The notes beneath the pieces are model-generated. The model did no database searches. It saw nothing but the letters and a program-made list of their open reading frames with translations, and had not been told where the DNA came from. Shown here piece after piece: positions 11,201-25,054 of a stretch of DNA of 49,472 bases. The position numbers were made by a program, and so were the translations under genes. The number at the start of each line of letters is the position of its first letter. Position 1 is the stretch's first letter. This DNA comes from Utricularia gibba. Lineage: Eukaryota > Plantae > Magnoliophyta. Location: the NCBI GenBank assembly GCA_002189035.1, contig NEEC01000294.1, positions 1 through 49,472 on the forward strand. The letters run 5' to 3'.

Positions 11201-14200
11201 CGATAATAAATACATCACTTTATTTGCCGGACTACAACTAACTCTCGGTGCAAGCCAAACATTACCTTTGTCCCGTTCCAGGTGCACCCAAGACCGCCTG
11301 CTCAAGTAAAGTAAGTTGTTGAAAAAATCATGTGGGGTGCACGTGACATCATAATTTAAACAAATGCATCATTTTTTTTAATCGATTTGCATCCAGTTGA
11401 CCTCATGAGCCATACAGAATCGGGGCAAGGACCAAGTTCCAGCGAGACTGGCCGCCACAAAACGAGAAGCGGTTCCTTGAAAAACCATGTAGGCCCCGAA
11501 AACCGAACGATAATAAATACATCACTTTATTTGCCGGCTACAACTAACTCTCGGTGCAAGCCAAACTTACCTTTGTCCCGTTCCAGGTGCACCCAAAGAC
11601 CGCCTGCTCAAGTATAAGTGTTGAAAAAATCATGTGGGGTGCACGTGACATCATAATTTAAACAAATGCATCATTTTTTTAATCGATTTGCATCCAGTTG
11701 ACCTCATGAGCCATACAGAATCGGGTCAAGGACCAAGTTCCCAGCGAGACTGGCCGCCACAAAACGAGAAGCGGTTCCTTGAAAAACCATGTAGGCAGCC
11801 CCGAAAACCGAACGATAATAAATACATCACTTTATTTGCCGGACTACAACTAACTCTCGGTGCAAGCCAAACTTACCTTTGTCCCGTTCCAGGTGCACCC
11901 AAAGACCGCCTGCTCAAGTATAAAGTAAGTTGTTGAAAAAATCATGTGGGTGCACGTGACATCATAATTTAAACAAATGCATCATTTTTTTTAATCGATT
12001 TGCATCCAGTTGACCTCATGAGCCATACAGAATCGGGGTCAAGGACCAAGTTCCCAGCGAGACTGGCCGCCACAAAACGAGAAGCGGTTCCTTGAAAAAC
12101 CATGTAGGCAGCCCCCGAAAACCGAACGATAATAAATACATCACTTTATTTGCCAGACTACAACTAACTCTCGGTGCAAGCCAAACATTACCTTTGTCCC
12201 GTTCCAGGTGCACCCAAAGACCGCCTGCTCAAGTATAAAGTAAGTTGTTGAAAAAATCATGTGGGTGCACGTGACATCATAATTTAAACAAATGCATCAT
12301 TTTTTTTAATCGATTTGCATCCAGTTGACCTCATGAGCCATACAGAATCGGGGTCAAGGACCAAGTTCCCAGCGAGACTGGCCGCCACAAAACGAGAAGC
12401 GGTTCCTTGAAAAACCATGTAGGCAGCCCCCGAAAACCGAACGATAATAAATACATCACTTTATTTGCCGGACTACAACTAACTCTCGGTGCAAGCCAAA
12501 CATTACCTTTGTCCCGTTCCAGGTGCACCCAAAGACCGCCTGCTCAAGTATAAAGTAAGTTGTTGAAAAAATCATGTGGGTGCACGTGACATCATAATTT
12601 AAACAAATGCATCATTTTTTTTTAATCGATTTGCATCCAGTTGACCTCATGAGCCATACAGAATCGGGGTCAAGGACCAAGTTCCCAGCGAGACTGGCCG
12701 CCACAAAACGAGAAGCGGTTCCTTGAAAAACCATGTAGGCAGCCCCCGAAAACCGAACGATAATAAATACATCACTTTATTTGCCGGACTACAACTAACT
12801 CTCGGTGCAAGCCAAACCTTACCTTTGTCCCGTTCCAGGTGCACCCAAAGACCGCCTGCTCAAGTATAAAGTAAGTTGTTGAAAAAATCATGTGGGGTGC
12901 ACGTGACATCATAATTTAAACAAATGCATCATTTTTTTTAATCGATTTGCATCCAGTTGACCTCATGAGCCATACAGAATCGGGTCAAGGACCAAGTTCC
13001 CAGCGAGACTGGCCGCCACAAAACGAGAAGCTGTTCCTTGAAAAACCATGTAGGCAGCCCCCGAAAACCGAACGATAATAAATACATCACTTTATTTGCC
13101 GGACTACAACTAACTCTCGGTGCAAGCCAAACCTTACCTTTGTCCCGTTCCAGGTGCACCCAAGACCGCCTGCTCAAGTATAAAGTAAGTTGTTGAAAAA
13201 ATCATGTGGGGTGCACGTGACATCATATTTAAACAAATGCATCATTTTTTTTAATCGATTTGCATCCAGTTGACCTCATGAGCCATACAGAATCGGGTCA
13301 AGGACCAAGTTCCCAGCGAGACTGGCCGCCACAAAACGAGAAGCGGTTCCTTGAAAAACCATGTAGGCAGCCCCCGAAAACCGAACGATAATAAATACAT
13401 CACTTTTATTTGCCGGACTACAACTAACTCTCGGTGCAAGCCAAACTTACCTTTGTCCCGTTCCAGGTGCACCCAAAGACCGCCTGCTCAAGTATAAAGT
13501 AAGTTGTTGAAAAAATCATGTGGGGTGCACGTGACATCATAATTTAAACAAATGCATCATTTTTTTTAATCGATTTGCATCCAGTTGACCTCATGAGCCA
13601 TACAGAATCGGGTCAAGGACCAAGTTCCCAGCGAGACTGGCCGCCACAAAACGAGAAGCGGTTCCTTTAAAAACCATGTAGGCAGCCCCCGAAAACCGAA
13701 CGATAATAAATACATCACTTTATTTGCCGGACTACAACTAACTCTCGGTGCAAGCCAAACTTACCTTTGTCCCGTTCCAGGTGCACCCAAAGACCGCCTG
13801 CTCAAGTATAAAGTAAGTGTTGAAAAAATCATGTGGGGTGCACGTGACATCATAATTTAAACAAATGCATCATTTTTTTTTAATCGATTTGCATCCAGTT
13901 GACCTCATGAGCCATACAGAATCGGGTCAAGGACCAAGTTCCCAGCGAGACTGGCCGCCACAAAACGAGAAGCGGTTCCTTGAAAAACCATGTAGGCAGC
14001 CCCGAAAACCGAACGATAATAAATACATCACTTTATTTGCCGGACTACAACTAACTCTCGGTGCAAGCCAAACTTACCTTTGTCCCGTTCCAGGTGCACC
14101 CAAAGACCGCCTGCTCAAGTATAAAGTAAGTTGTTGAAAAAATCATGTGGGGTGCACGTGACATCATAATTTAAACAAATGCATCATTTTTTTTTAATCG

Positions 14201-17200
14201 ATTTGCATCCAGTTGACCTCATGAGCCATACAGAATCGGGTCAAGGACCAAGTTCCCAGCGAGACTGGCCGCCACAAAACGAGAAGCGGTTCCTTGAAAA
14301 ACCATGTAGGCAGCCCCGAAAACCGAACGATAATAAATACATCACTTTATTTGCCGGACTACAACTAACTCTCGGTGCAAGCCAAACATTACCTTTGTCC
14401 CGTTCCAGGTGCACCCAAAGACCGCCTGCTCAAGTATAAAGTAAGTTGTTGAAAAAATCATGTGGGGTGCACGTGACATCATAATTTAAACAAATGCATC
14501 ATTTTTTTTAATCGATTTGCATCCAGTTGACCTCATGAGCCATACAGAATCGGGTCAAGGACCAAGTTCCCAGCGAGACTGGCCGCCACAAAACGAGAAG
14601 CGGTTCCTTGAAAAACCATGTAGGCAGCCCCCGAAAACCGAACGATAATAAATACATCACTTTATTTGCCGGACTACAACTAACTCTCGGTGCAAGCCAA
14701 ACATTACCTTTGTCCCGTTCCAGGTGCACCCAAAGACCGCCTGCTCAAGTATAAAGTAAGTTGTTGAAAAAATTGTGGGGTGCACGTGACATCATAATTT
14801 AAACAAATGCATCATTTTTTTAATCGATTTGCATCCAGTTGACCTCATGAGCCATACAGAATCGGGTCAAGGACCAAGTTCCCAGCGAGACTGGCCGCCA
14901 CAAAACGAGAAGCGGTTCCTTGAAAAACCATGTAGGCAGCCCCCGAAAACCGAACGATAATAAATACATCACTTTATTTGCCGGACTACAACTAACTCTC
15001 GGTGCAAGCCAAACATTACCTTTGTCCCGTTCCAGGTGCACCCAAAGACCGCCTGCTCAAGTATAAAGTAAGTTGTTGAAAAAATCATGTGGGTGCACGT
15101 GACATCATAATTTAAACAAATGCATCATTTTTTTTAATCGATTTGCATCCAGTTGACCTCATGAGCCATACAGAATCGGGGTCAAGGACCAAGTTCCCAG
15201 CGAGACTGGCCGCCACAAAACGAGAAGCGGTTCCTTGAAAAACCATGTAGGCAGCCCCCGAAAACCGAACGATAATAAATACATCACTTTATTTGCCGGA
15301 CTACAACTAACTCTCGGTGCAAGCCAAACATTACCTTTGTCCCGTTCCAGGTGCACCCAAAGACCGCCTGCTCAAGTATAAAGTAAGTTGTTGAAAAAAT
15401 CATGTGGGGTGCACGTGACATCATAATTTAAACAAATGCATCATTTTTTTTAATCGATTTGCATCCAGTTGACCTCATGAGCCATACAGAATCGGGGTCA
15501 AGGACCAAGTTCCCAGCGAGACTGGCCGCCACAAAACGAGAAGCGGTTCCTTGAAAAACCATGTAGGCAGCCCCCGAAAACCGAACGATAATAAATACAT
15601 CACTTTATTTGCCGGACTACAACTAACTCTCGGTGCAAGCCAAACTTACCTTTGTCCCGTTCCAGGTGCACCCAAGACCGCCTGCTCAAGTATAAAGTAA
15701 GTTGTTGAAAAAATCATGTGGGGTGCACGTGACATCATAATTTAAACAAATGCATCATTTTTTTTAATCGATTTGCATCCAGTTGACCTCATGAGCCATA
15801 CAGAATCGGGTCAAGGACCAAGTTCCCAGCGAGACTGGCCGCCACAAAACGAGAAGCGGTTCCTTGAAAAACCATGTAGGCAGCCCCCGAAAACCGAACG
15901 ATAATAAATACATCACTTTATTTGCCGGACTACAACTAACTCTCGGTGCAAGCCAAACCTTACCTTTGTCCCGTTCCAGGTGCACCCAAAGACCGCCTGC
16001 TCAAGTATAAAGTAAGTTGTTGAAAAAATCATGTGGGTGCACGTGACATCATAATTTAAACAAATGCATCATTTTTTTTAATCGATTTGCATCCAGTTGA
16101 CCTCATGAGCCATACAGAATCGGGTCAAGGACCAAGTTCCCAGCGAGACTGGCCGCCACAAAACGAGAAGCGGTTCCTTGAAAAACCATGTAGGCAGCCC
16201 CGAAAACCGAACGATAATAAATACATCACTTTATTTGCCGGACTACAACTAACTCTCGTGCAAGCCAAACTTACCTTTGTCCCGTTCCAGGTGCACCCAA
16301 AGACCGCCTGCTCAAGTATAAAGTAAGTTGTTGAAAAAAATCATGTGGGGTGCACGTGACATCATAATTTAAACAAATGCATCATTTTTTTTAATCGATT
16401 TGCATCCAGTTGACCTCATGAGCCATACAGAATCGGGGTCAAGGACCAAGTTCCCAGCGAGACTGGCCGCCACAAAACGAGAAGCGGTTCCTTGAAAAAC
16501 CATGTAGGCAGCCCCCGAAAACCGAACGATAATAAATACATCACTTATTTGCCGGACTACAACTAACTCTCGGTGCAAGCCAACACCTTTGTCCCGTTCC
16601 AGGTGCACCCAAAGACCGCCTGCTCAAGTATAAAGTAAGTTGTTGAAAAAATCATGTGGGGTGCACGTGACATCATAATTTAAACAAATGCATCATTTTT
16701 TTTAATCGATTTGCATCCAGTTGACCTCATGAGCCATACAGAATCGGGTCAAGGACCAAGTTCCCAGCGAGACTGGCCGCCACAAAACGAGAAGCGGTTC
16801 CTTAAAAACCATGTAGGCAGCCCCCGAAAACCGAACGATAATAAATACATCACTTTATTTGCCGGACTACAACTAACTCTCGGTGCAAGCCAAACATTAC
16901 CTTTGTCCCGTTCCAGGTGCACCCAAAGACCGCCTGCTCAAGTATAAAGTAAGTTGTTGAAAAAATCATGTGGGGTGCACGTGACATCATAATTTAAACA
17001 AATGCATCATTTTTTTTAATCGATTTGCATCCAGTTGACCTCATGAGCCATACAGAATCGGGGTCAAGGACCAAGTTCCCAGCGAGACTGGCCGCCACAA
17101 AACGAGAAGCGGTTCCTTGAAAAACCATGTAGGCAGCCCCCGAAAACCGAACGATAATAAATACATCACTTTATTTGCCGGACTACAACTAACTCTCGGT

Positions 17201-17608
17201 GCAAGCCAAACTACCTTTGTCCCGTTCCAGTGCACCCAAAGACCGCCTGCTCAAGTATAAAGTAAGTTGTTGAAAAAATCATGTGGGGTGCACGTGACAT
17301 CATAATTTAAACAAATGCATCATTTTTTTTAATCGATTTGCATCCAGTTGACCTCATGAGCCATACAGAATCGGGTCAAGGACCAAGTTCCCAGCGAGAC
17401 TGGCCGCCACAAAACGAGAAGCGGTTCCTTGAAAAAACCATGTAGGCAGCCCCCGAAACCGAACGATAATAAATACATCACTTTATTTGCCGGACTACAA
17501 CTAACTCTCGGTGCAAGCCAAACTTACCTTGTCCCGTTCCAGGTGCACCCAAAGACCGCCTGCTCAAGTATAAAGTAAGTTGTTGAAAAAATCATGTGGG
17601 GTGCACGT

Positions 17609-17907
17609 GACATCATAATTTAAACAAATGCATCATTTTTTTTAATCGATTTGCATCCAGTTGACCTCATGAGCCATACAGAATCGGGTCAAGGACCAAG
17701 TTCCAGCACTGGCCGCCACAAACGAGAAGCTGTTCCTTGAAAAACCATGTAGGCAACACCGAAAACCGAACGTTAATAAATACATCACTTTCTTTGCCGG
17801 CTACAACTACTTTGGCAAGCCTAAGCTGATCTTTTTCCGTTCCAAGTGCCCCCAAGACCGCCTCCTCAGTATAAAGTAGTTGTTAAAAAATCATGTGGGG
17901 TGCACGT
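17609..17907 (+). repeat. First B-containing monomer (A-type 5' part, B-type 3' part)
   Basis: A-type TAATCGATTTGCATCCAG and GGGTCAAGG, then B-type GCTGTTCC, GCAACACC, CGTTAATA, CTAAGCTGATC, CCTCCTC, GTTAAAAAA. Confidence 0.8.
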
Positions 17908-18526
17908 GACATCATAATTTAAACAAATGCATCATTTTTTTATCGATTTGCATCCAGTTGACCTCATGAGCCATACAGAATGGGTCAAGGACCAAGTTCC
18001 CAGCGAGACTGGCCGCCACAAAACGAGAAGCGGTTCCTTGAAAAACCATGTAGGCAGCCCCCGAAAACGAACGATAATAAATACATCACTTTATTTGCCG
18101 GACTACAACTAACTCTCGTGCAAGCCAACCTTACCTTTGTCCGTTCCAGTGCACCCAAAGACGCCTGCTCAAGTATAAAGTAAGTTGTTGAAAAAATCAT
18201 GTGGGTGCACGTGACATCATAATTTAAAACAAATGCATCATTTTTTTTAATCGATTTGCATCCAGTTGACCTCATGAGCCATACAGAATCGGGTCAAGGA
18301 CCAAGTTCCCAGCGAGACTGGCCGCCAAAAACGAGAAGCGGTTCCTTGAAAAACCATGTAGGCAGCCCCCGAAAACCGAACAATAATAAATACATCACTT
18401 TATTTGCCGGACTACAACTAACTCTCGGTGCAAGCCAAACCTTACCTTTGTCCCGTTCCAGGTGCACCCAAAGACCGCCTGCTCAAGTATAAAGTAAGTT
18501 GTTGAAAAAATCATGTGGGTGCACGT

Positions 18527-18835
18527 GACATCGTAATTTAAACAAATGCATCATTGTATTCATTGATTTGTATCCTTTTGTCCTCATGAGCCATAAAGAA
18601 TCGGGGCCCGGACCAAGTTCCTAGCGAAACTGGCCGCCACAAAACGAGAAGCTGTTCCTTGAAAAACCATGTAGGCAACACCGAAAACCGAACGTTAATA
18701 AATACATCACTTTCTTTGCCGGGCTACAACTTACTTTGGGCCGCCTAAGCTGATCTTTTTCCGGTTCCAAGTGCCCCCCAAGACCGCCTCCTCAGTATAA
18801 AGTATGTTGTTAAAAAAATCATGTGGGGTGCACTT
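18527..18835 (+). repeat. Type-B monomer
   Basis: B diagnostics: CATTGTATTCATTGATTTGTATCCTTTTG, GGGCCCGG, CCTAG, GCTGTT, GCAACACC, CTAAGCTGATC; followed by CACTTGACATCG. Confidence 0.92.
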
Positions 18836-20088
18836 GACATCGTAATTTAAACAAATGCATCATTTTTTTATTCGATTTGCATCCAGTTGACCTCATGAGC
18901 CAGACAGAAATGGGGTCAAGGACCAAGTTCCCAGCGAGACTGGCCGCCACAAAACGAGAAGCGGTTCCTTGAAAAACCATGTAGGCAGCCCCCGAAAAAC
19001 GAACGATAATAAATACATCACTTTATTTGCCGGACTACAACTAACTCTCGGTGCAAGCCAAACATTACCTTTGTCCCGTTCCAGGTGCACCCAAAGACCG
19101 CCTGCTCAAGTATAAAGTAAGTTGTTGAAAAAATCATGTGGGGTGCACGTGACATCATAATTTAAACAAATGCATCATTTTTTTTAATCGATTTGCATCC
19201 AGTTGACCTCATGAGCCATACAGAATCGGTCAAGGACCAAGTTCCAGCGAGACTGGCCGCCACAAAACGAGAAGCGGTTCCTTGAAAAACCATGTAGGGC
19301 CCCGAAAACCGAACGATAATAAATACATCACTTTATTTGCCGGACTACAACTAACTCTCGGTGCAAGCCAAACTTACCTTTGTCCCGTTCCAGTGCACCC
19401 AAAGACCGCCTGCCTCAAGTATAAAGTAAGTTGTTGAAAAAATCATGTGGGGTGCACGTGACATCATAATTTAAACAAATGCATCATTTTTTTTAATCGA
19501 TTTGCATCCAGTTGACCTCATGAGCCATACAGAATCGGGTCAAGGACCAAGTTCCCAGCGAGACTGGCCGCCACAAAACGAGAAGCGGTTCCTTGAAAAA
19601 CCATGTAGGCAGCCCCCGAAAACCGAACGATAATAAATACATCACTTTATTTGCCGGACTACAACTAACTCTCGTGCAAGCCAACCTTACCTTTGTCCCG
19701 TTCCAGGTGCACCCAAAGACCGCCTGCTCAAGTATAAAGTAAGTTGTTGAAAAAAATCATGTGGGGTGCACGTGACATCATAATTTAAACAAATGCATCA
19801 TTTTTTTTAATCGATTTGCATCCAGTTGACCTCATGAGCCATACAGAATCGGGGTCAAGGACCAAGTTCCCAGCGAGACTGGCCGCCACAAAACGAGAAG
19901 CGGTTCCTTGAAAAACCATGTAGGCAGCCCCCGAAAAACGAACGATAATAAATACATCACTTTATTTGCCGGACTACAACTAACTCTCGGTGCAAGCCAA
20001 ACCTTACCTTTGTCCCGTTCCAGTGCACCCAAAGACCGCCTGCTCAAGTATAAAGTAAGTTGTTGAAAAAATCATGTGGGGTGCACGT

Positions 20089-20387
20089 GATATCGTAATT
20101 TAAACAAATGCATCATTTTTTCATTGATTTATCCTTTTGACCTCATGAGCCATAAAGAATCGGGGGCCGGACCAAGTTCCTAGCACTGGCCGCCACAAAA
20201 CGAGAAGCTGTTCCTTGAAAAACCATGTAGGCAACCCGAAAACCGAACGTTAATAAATACATCACTTTCTTTGCCGGGCTACAACTTACTTTGGCAAGCC
20301 TAAGCTGACTTTTTTCCGGTTCCAAGTGCCCCCCAAGACCGCCTCCTCAGTATAAAGTGTTGTTAAAAAAATCATGTGGGTGCACTT
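20089..20387 (+). repeat. Type-B monomer (partly hybrid)
   Basis: GATATCG start, CCATAAAG, CCTAG, GCTGTT, CGTTAATA, CTAAGCTGAC, CACTTG end. Confidence 0.88.
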
Positions 20388-21324
20388 GACATCGTAATTT
20401 AAAAAATGCATCATTTTTTTATTCGATTTGCATCCAGTTGACCTCATGAGCCAGACAGAATGGGGTCAAGGACCAAGTTCCCAGCGAGACTGGCCGCCAC
20501 AAAACGAGAAGCGGTTCCTTGAAAACCATGTAGGCAGCCCCCGAAAAACGAACGATAATAAATACATCACTTTATTTGCCGGACTACAACTAACTCTCGG
20601 TGCAAGCCAAACTTACCTTTGTCCCGTTCCAGGTGCACCCAAAGACCGCCTGCTCAAGTATAAAGTAAGTTGTTGAAAAAATCATGTGGGGTGCACGTGA
20701 CATCATAATTTAAACAAATGCATCATTTTTTTTATCGATTTGCATCCAGTTGACCTCATGAGCCATACAGAATCGGGCAAGGACCAAGTTCCCAGCGAGA
20801 CTGGCCGCCACAAAACGAGAAGCGGTTCCTTGAAAAACCATGTAGGCAGCCCCCGAAAACGAACGATAATAAATACATCACTTTATTTGCCGGACTACAA
20901 CTAACTCTCGGTGCAAGCCAAACTTACCTTTGTCCCGTTCCAGGTGCACCCAAAGACCGCCTGCTCAAGTATAAAGTAAGTTGTTGAAAAAATCATGTGG
21001 GGTGCACGTGACATCATAATTTAAACAAATGCATCATTTTTTTTAATCGATTTGCATCCAGTTGACCTCATGAGCCATACAGAATCGGGGTCAAGGACCA
21101 AGTTCCCAGCGAGACTGGCCGCCACAAAACGAGAAGCGGTTCCTTGAAAAACCATGTAGGCAGCCCCCGAAAACCGAACGATAATAAATACATCACTTTA
21201 TTTGCCGGACTACAACTAACTCTCGGTGCAAGCCAAACCTTACCTTTGTCCCGTTCCAGTGCACCCAAAGACCGCCTGCTCAAGTATAAAGTAAGTTGTT
21301 GAAAAAATCATGTGGGGTGCACGT

Positions 21325-21635
21325 GATATCGTAATTTAAACAAATGCATCATTGTATTCATTGATTTGTATCCTTTTGTCCTCATGAGCCATAAAGAATC
21401 GCGGGCCCGGACCAAGTTCCTAGCGAAACTGGCCGCCACAAAACGAGAAGCTGTTCCTTGAAAAACCATGTAGGCAACACCGAAAACGAACGTTAATAAA
21501 TACATCACTTTCTTTGCCGGCTACAACTTACTTTGGGCCAAGGCCTAAGCTGATCTTTTTCCGGTTCCAAGTGCCCCCAAGACCGCCTCCTCATGTATAA
21601 AGTATGTTGTTAAAAAAATCATGTGGGGTGCACTT
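21325..21635 (+). repeat. Type-B monomer
   Basis: Full B diagnostics including GCGGGCCCGG, GGGCCAAGGCCTAAG, CTCATGTATAAAGTATG. Confidence 0.92.
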
Positions 21636-22883
21636 GACATCGTAATTTAAACAAATGCATCATTTTTTTTATTCGATTTGCATCCAGTTGACCTCATGAG
21701 CCAGACAGAAATGGGGTCAAGGACCAAGTTCCCAGCGAGACTGGCCCCACAAAACGAGAAGCGGTTCCTTGCCATGCAGGCAGCCCCCGAAAACGAACGA
21801 TAATAAATACATCACTTTATTTGCCGGACTACAACTAACTCTCGGTGCAAGCCAAACATTACCTTTGTCCCGTTCCAGGTGCACCCAAAGACCGCCTGCT
21901 CAAGTATAAAGTAAGTTGTTGAAAAAATCATGTGGGGTGCACGTGACATCATAATTTAAACAAATGCATCATTTTTTTTATCGATTTGCATCCAGTTGAC
22001 CTCATGAGCCATACAGAATCGGGTCAAGGACCAAGTTCCAGCGAGACTGGCCGCCACAAAACGAGAAGCGGTTCCTTGAAAAACCATGTAGGCAGCCCCC
22101 GAAAACCGAACGATAATAAATACATCACTTTATTTGCCGGACTACAACTAACTCTCGGTGCAAGCCAACCTTACCTTTGTCCCGTTCCAGGTGCCCAAAG
22201 ACCGCCTGCTCAAGTATAAAGTAAGTTGTTGAAAAAATCATGTGGGGTGCACGTGACATCATAATTTAAACAAATGCATCATTTTTTTTAATCGATTTGC
22301 ATCCAGTTGACCTCATGAGCCATACAGAATCGGGGTCAAGGACCAAGTTCCCAGCGAGACTGGCCGCCACAAAACGAGAAGCGGTTCCTTGAAAAACCAT
22401 GTAGGCAGCCCCCGAAAAACGAACGATAATAAATACATCACTTTATTTGCCGGACTACAACTAACTCTCGGTGCAAGCCAAACTTACCTTTGTCCCGTTC
22501 CAGGTGCACCCAAAGACCGCCTGCTCAAGTATAAAGTAAGTTGTTGAAAAAATCATGTGGGGTGCACGTGACATCATAATTTAAACAAATGCATCATTTT
22601 TTTTAATCGATTTGCATCCAGTTGACCTCATGAGCCATACAGAATCGGGTCAAGGACCAAGTTCCCAGCGAGACTGGCCGCCACAAAACGAGAAGCGGTT
22701 CCTTGAAAAACCATGTAGGCAGCCCCCGAAAACCGAACGATAATAAATACATCACTTTATTTGCCGGACTACAACTAACTCTCGGTGCAAGCCAAACCTT
22801 ACCTTTGTCCCGTTCCAGGTGCACCCAAAGACCGCCTGCTCAAGTATAAAGTAAGTTGTTGAAAAATCATGTGGGGTGCACGT

Positions 22884-23192
22884 GATATCGTAATTTAAAC
22901 AAATGCATCATTTGTATTCATTGATTTGTATCCTTTTGTCCTCATGAGCCATAAAGAATCGGGGCCCGGACCAAGTTCCTAGCACTGGCCGCCACAAAAC
23001 GAGAAGCTGTTCCTTGAAAAACCATGTAGGCAACACCGAAAACGAACGTTAATAAATACATCACTTTCTTTGCCGGGCTACAACTTACTTTGGGCCAAGG
23101 CCTAAGCTGATCTTTTTCCGGTTCCAAGTGCCCCCCAAGACCGCCTCCTCATGTATAAAGTATGTTGTTAAAAAAATCATGTGGGGTGCACT
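22884..23192 (+). repeat. Type-B monomer
   Basis: Full B diagnostics. Confidence 0.92.
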
Positions 23193-24747
23193 GACATCGT
23201 AATTTAAACAAATGCATCATTTTATTCGATTTGCATCCAGTTGACCTCATGAGCCATACAGAATGGGGTCAAGGACCAAGTTCCCAGCGAGACTGGCCGC
23301 CACAAAACGAGAAGCGGTTCCTTGAAAACCATGCAGGCAGCCCCGAAAAACGAACGATAATAAATACATCACTTTATTTGCCGGACTACAACTAACTCTC
23401 GGTGCAAGCCAAACATTACCTTTGTCCCGTTCCAGTGCACCCAAAGACCGCCTGCTCAAGTATAAAGTAAGTTTTTAAAAAATCATGTGGGGTGCACGTG
23501 ACATCATAATTTAAACAAATGCATCATTTTTTTTAATCGATTTGCATCCAGTTGACCTCATGAGCCATACAGAATCGGGTCAAGGACCAAGTTCCCAGCG
23601 AGACTGGCCGCCACAAAACGAGAAGCGGTTCCTTGAAAACCATGTAGGCAGCCCCCGAAAAACGAACGATAATAAATACATCACTTTATTTGCCGGACTA
23701 CAACTAACTCTCGGTGCAAGCCAAACATTACCTTTGTCCCGTTCCAGGTGCACCCAAGATGCTCAAGTATAAAGTAAGTTGTTGAAAAAATCATGTGGGT
23801 GCACGTGACATCATAATTTAAACAAATGCATCATTTTTTTTAATCGATTTGCATCCAGTTGACCTCATGAGCCATACAGAATCGGGTCAAGGACCAAGTT
23901 CCCAGCGAGACTGGCCGCCAAAACGAGAAGCGGTTCCTTGAAAAACCATGTAGGCAGCCCCCGAAACCGAACGATAATAAATACATCACTTTATTTGCCG
24001 GACTACAACTAACTCTCGGTGCAAGCCAAACATTACCTTTGTCCCGTTCCAGGTGCACCCAAAGACCGCCTGCTCAAGTATAAAGTAAGTTGTTGAAAAA
24101 ATCATGTGGGGTGCACGTGACATCATAATTTTAAACAAATGCATCATTTTTTTTAATCGATTTGCATCCAGTTGACCTCATGAGCCATACAGAATCGGGT
24201 CAAGGACCAAGTTCCCAGCGAGACTGGCCGCCACAAAACGAGAAGCGGTTCCTTGAAAAACCATGTAGGCAGCCCCCGAAAAACGAACGATAATAAATAC
24301 ATCACTTTATTTGCCGGACTACAACTAACTCTCGTGCAAGCCCAACCTTACCTTTGTCCCGTTCCAGGTGCACCCAAGACCGCCTGCTCAAGTATAAAGT
24401 AAGTTGTTGAAAAATCATGTGGGGTGCACGTGACATCATAATTTAAACAAATGCATCATTTTTTTTAATCGATTTGCATCCAGTTGACCTCATGAGCCAT
24501 ACAGAATCGGGGGTCAAGGACCAAGTTCCCAGCGAGACTGGCCGCCACAAAACGAGAAGCGGTTCCTTGAAAAACCATGTAGGCAGCCCCCGAAAACCGA
24601 ACGATAATAAATACATCACTTTATTTGCCGGACTACAACTAACTCTCGGTGCAAGCCAAACCTTACCTTTGTCCCGTTCCAGGTGCACCCAAAGACCGCC
24701 TGCTCAAGTATAAAGTAAGTTGTTGAAAAAATCATGTGGGTGCACGT

Positions 24748-25054
24748 GATATCGTAATTTAAACAAATGCATCATTGTATTCATTGATTTGTATCCTTTT
24801 GTCCTCATGAGCCATAAAGAATCGCGGCCGGACCAAGTTCCTAGCAAAACTGGCCGCCACAAAACGAGAAGCTGTTCCTTGAAAAACCATGTAGGCAACA
24901 CCGAAAACCGAACGTTAATAAATACATCACTTTCTTTGCCGGGCTACAACTTACTTTGGGCCAAGCCTAAGCTGATCTTTTTCCGGTTCCAAGTGCCCCC
25001 CAAGACCGCCTCCTCATGTATAAAGTATGTTGTTAAAAAAGGTGGGGTGCACTT
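24748..25054 (+). repeat. Type-B monomer
   Basis: Full B diagnostics. Confidence 0.92.

Larger units (their letters stand above)
1..17608 (+). repeat. Apparently homogeneous domain of type-A monomers (~56 copies)
   Basis: Copies differ mainly by homopolymer length (G3/G4, C4/C5, T7-9, A5/A6), short deletions and one A/C site (AAACATTACC vs AAACCTTACC). No complete B monomer. Confidence 0.8.

Noticed and set aside
18583-18630. Hammerhead ribozyme or retrozyme-like core (CTCATGAG ... CGAAAC) in a ~300-bp tandem repeat
   Set aside because: The core reads CTCATGA, not CTGANGA (essential G missing). I could not form stems I-III or place an NUH site, and most copies read CGAGAC. A covariance-model search would settle it.
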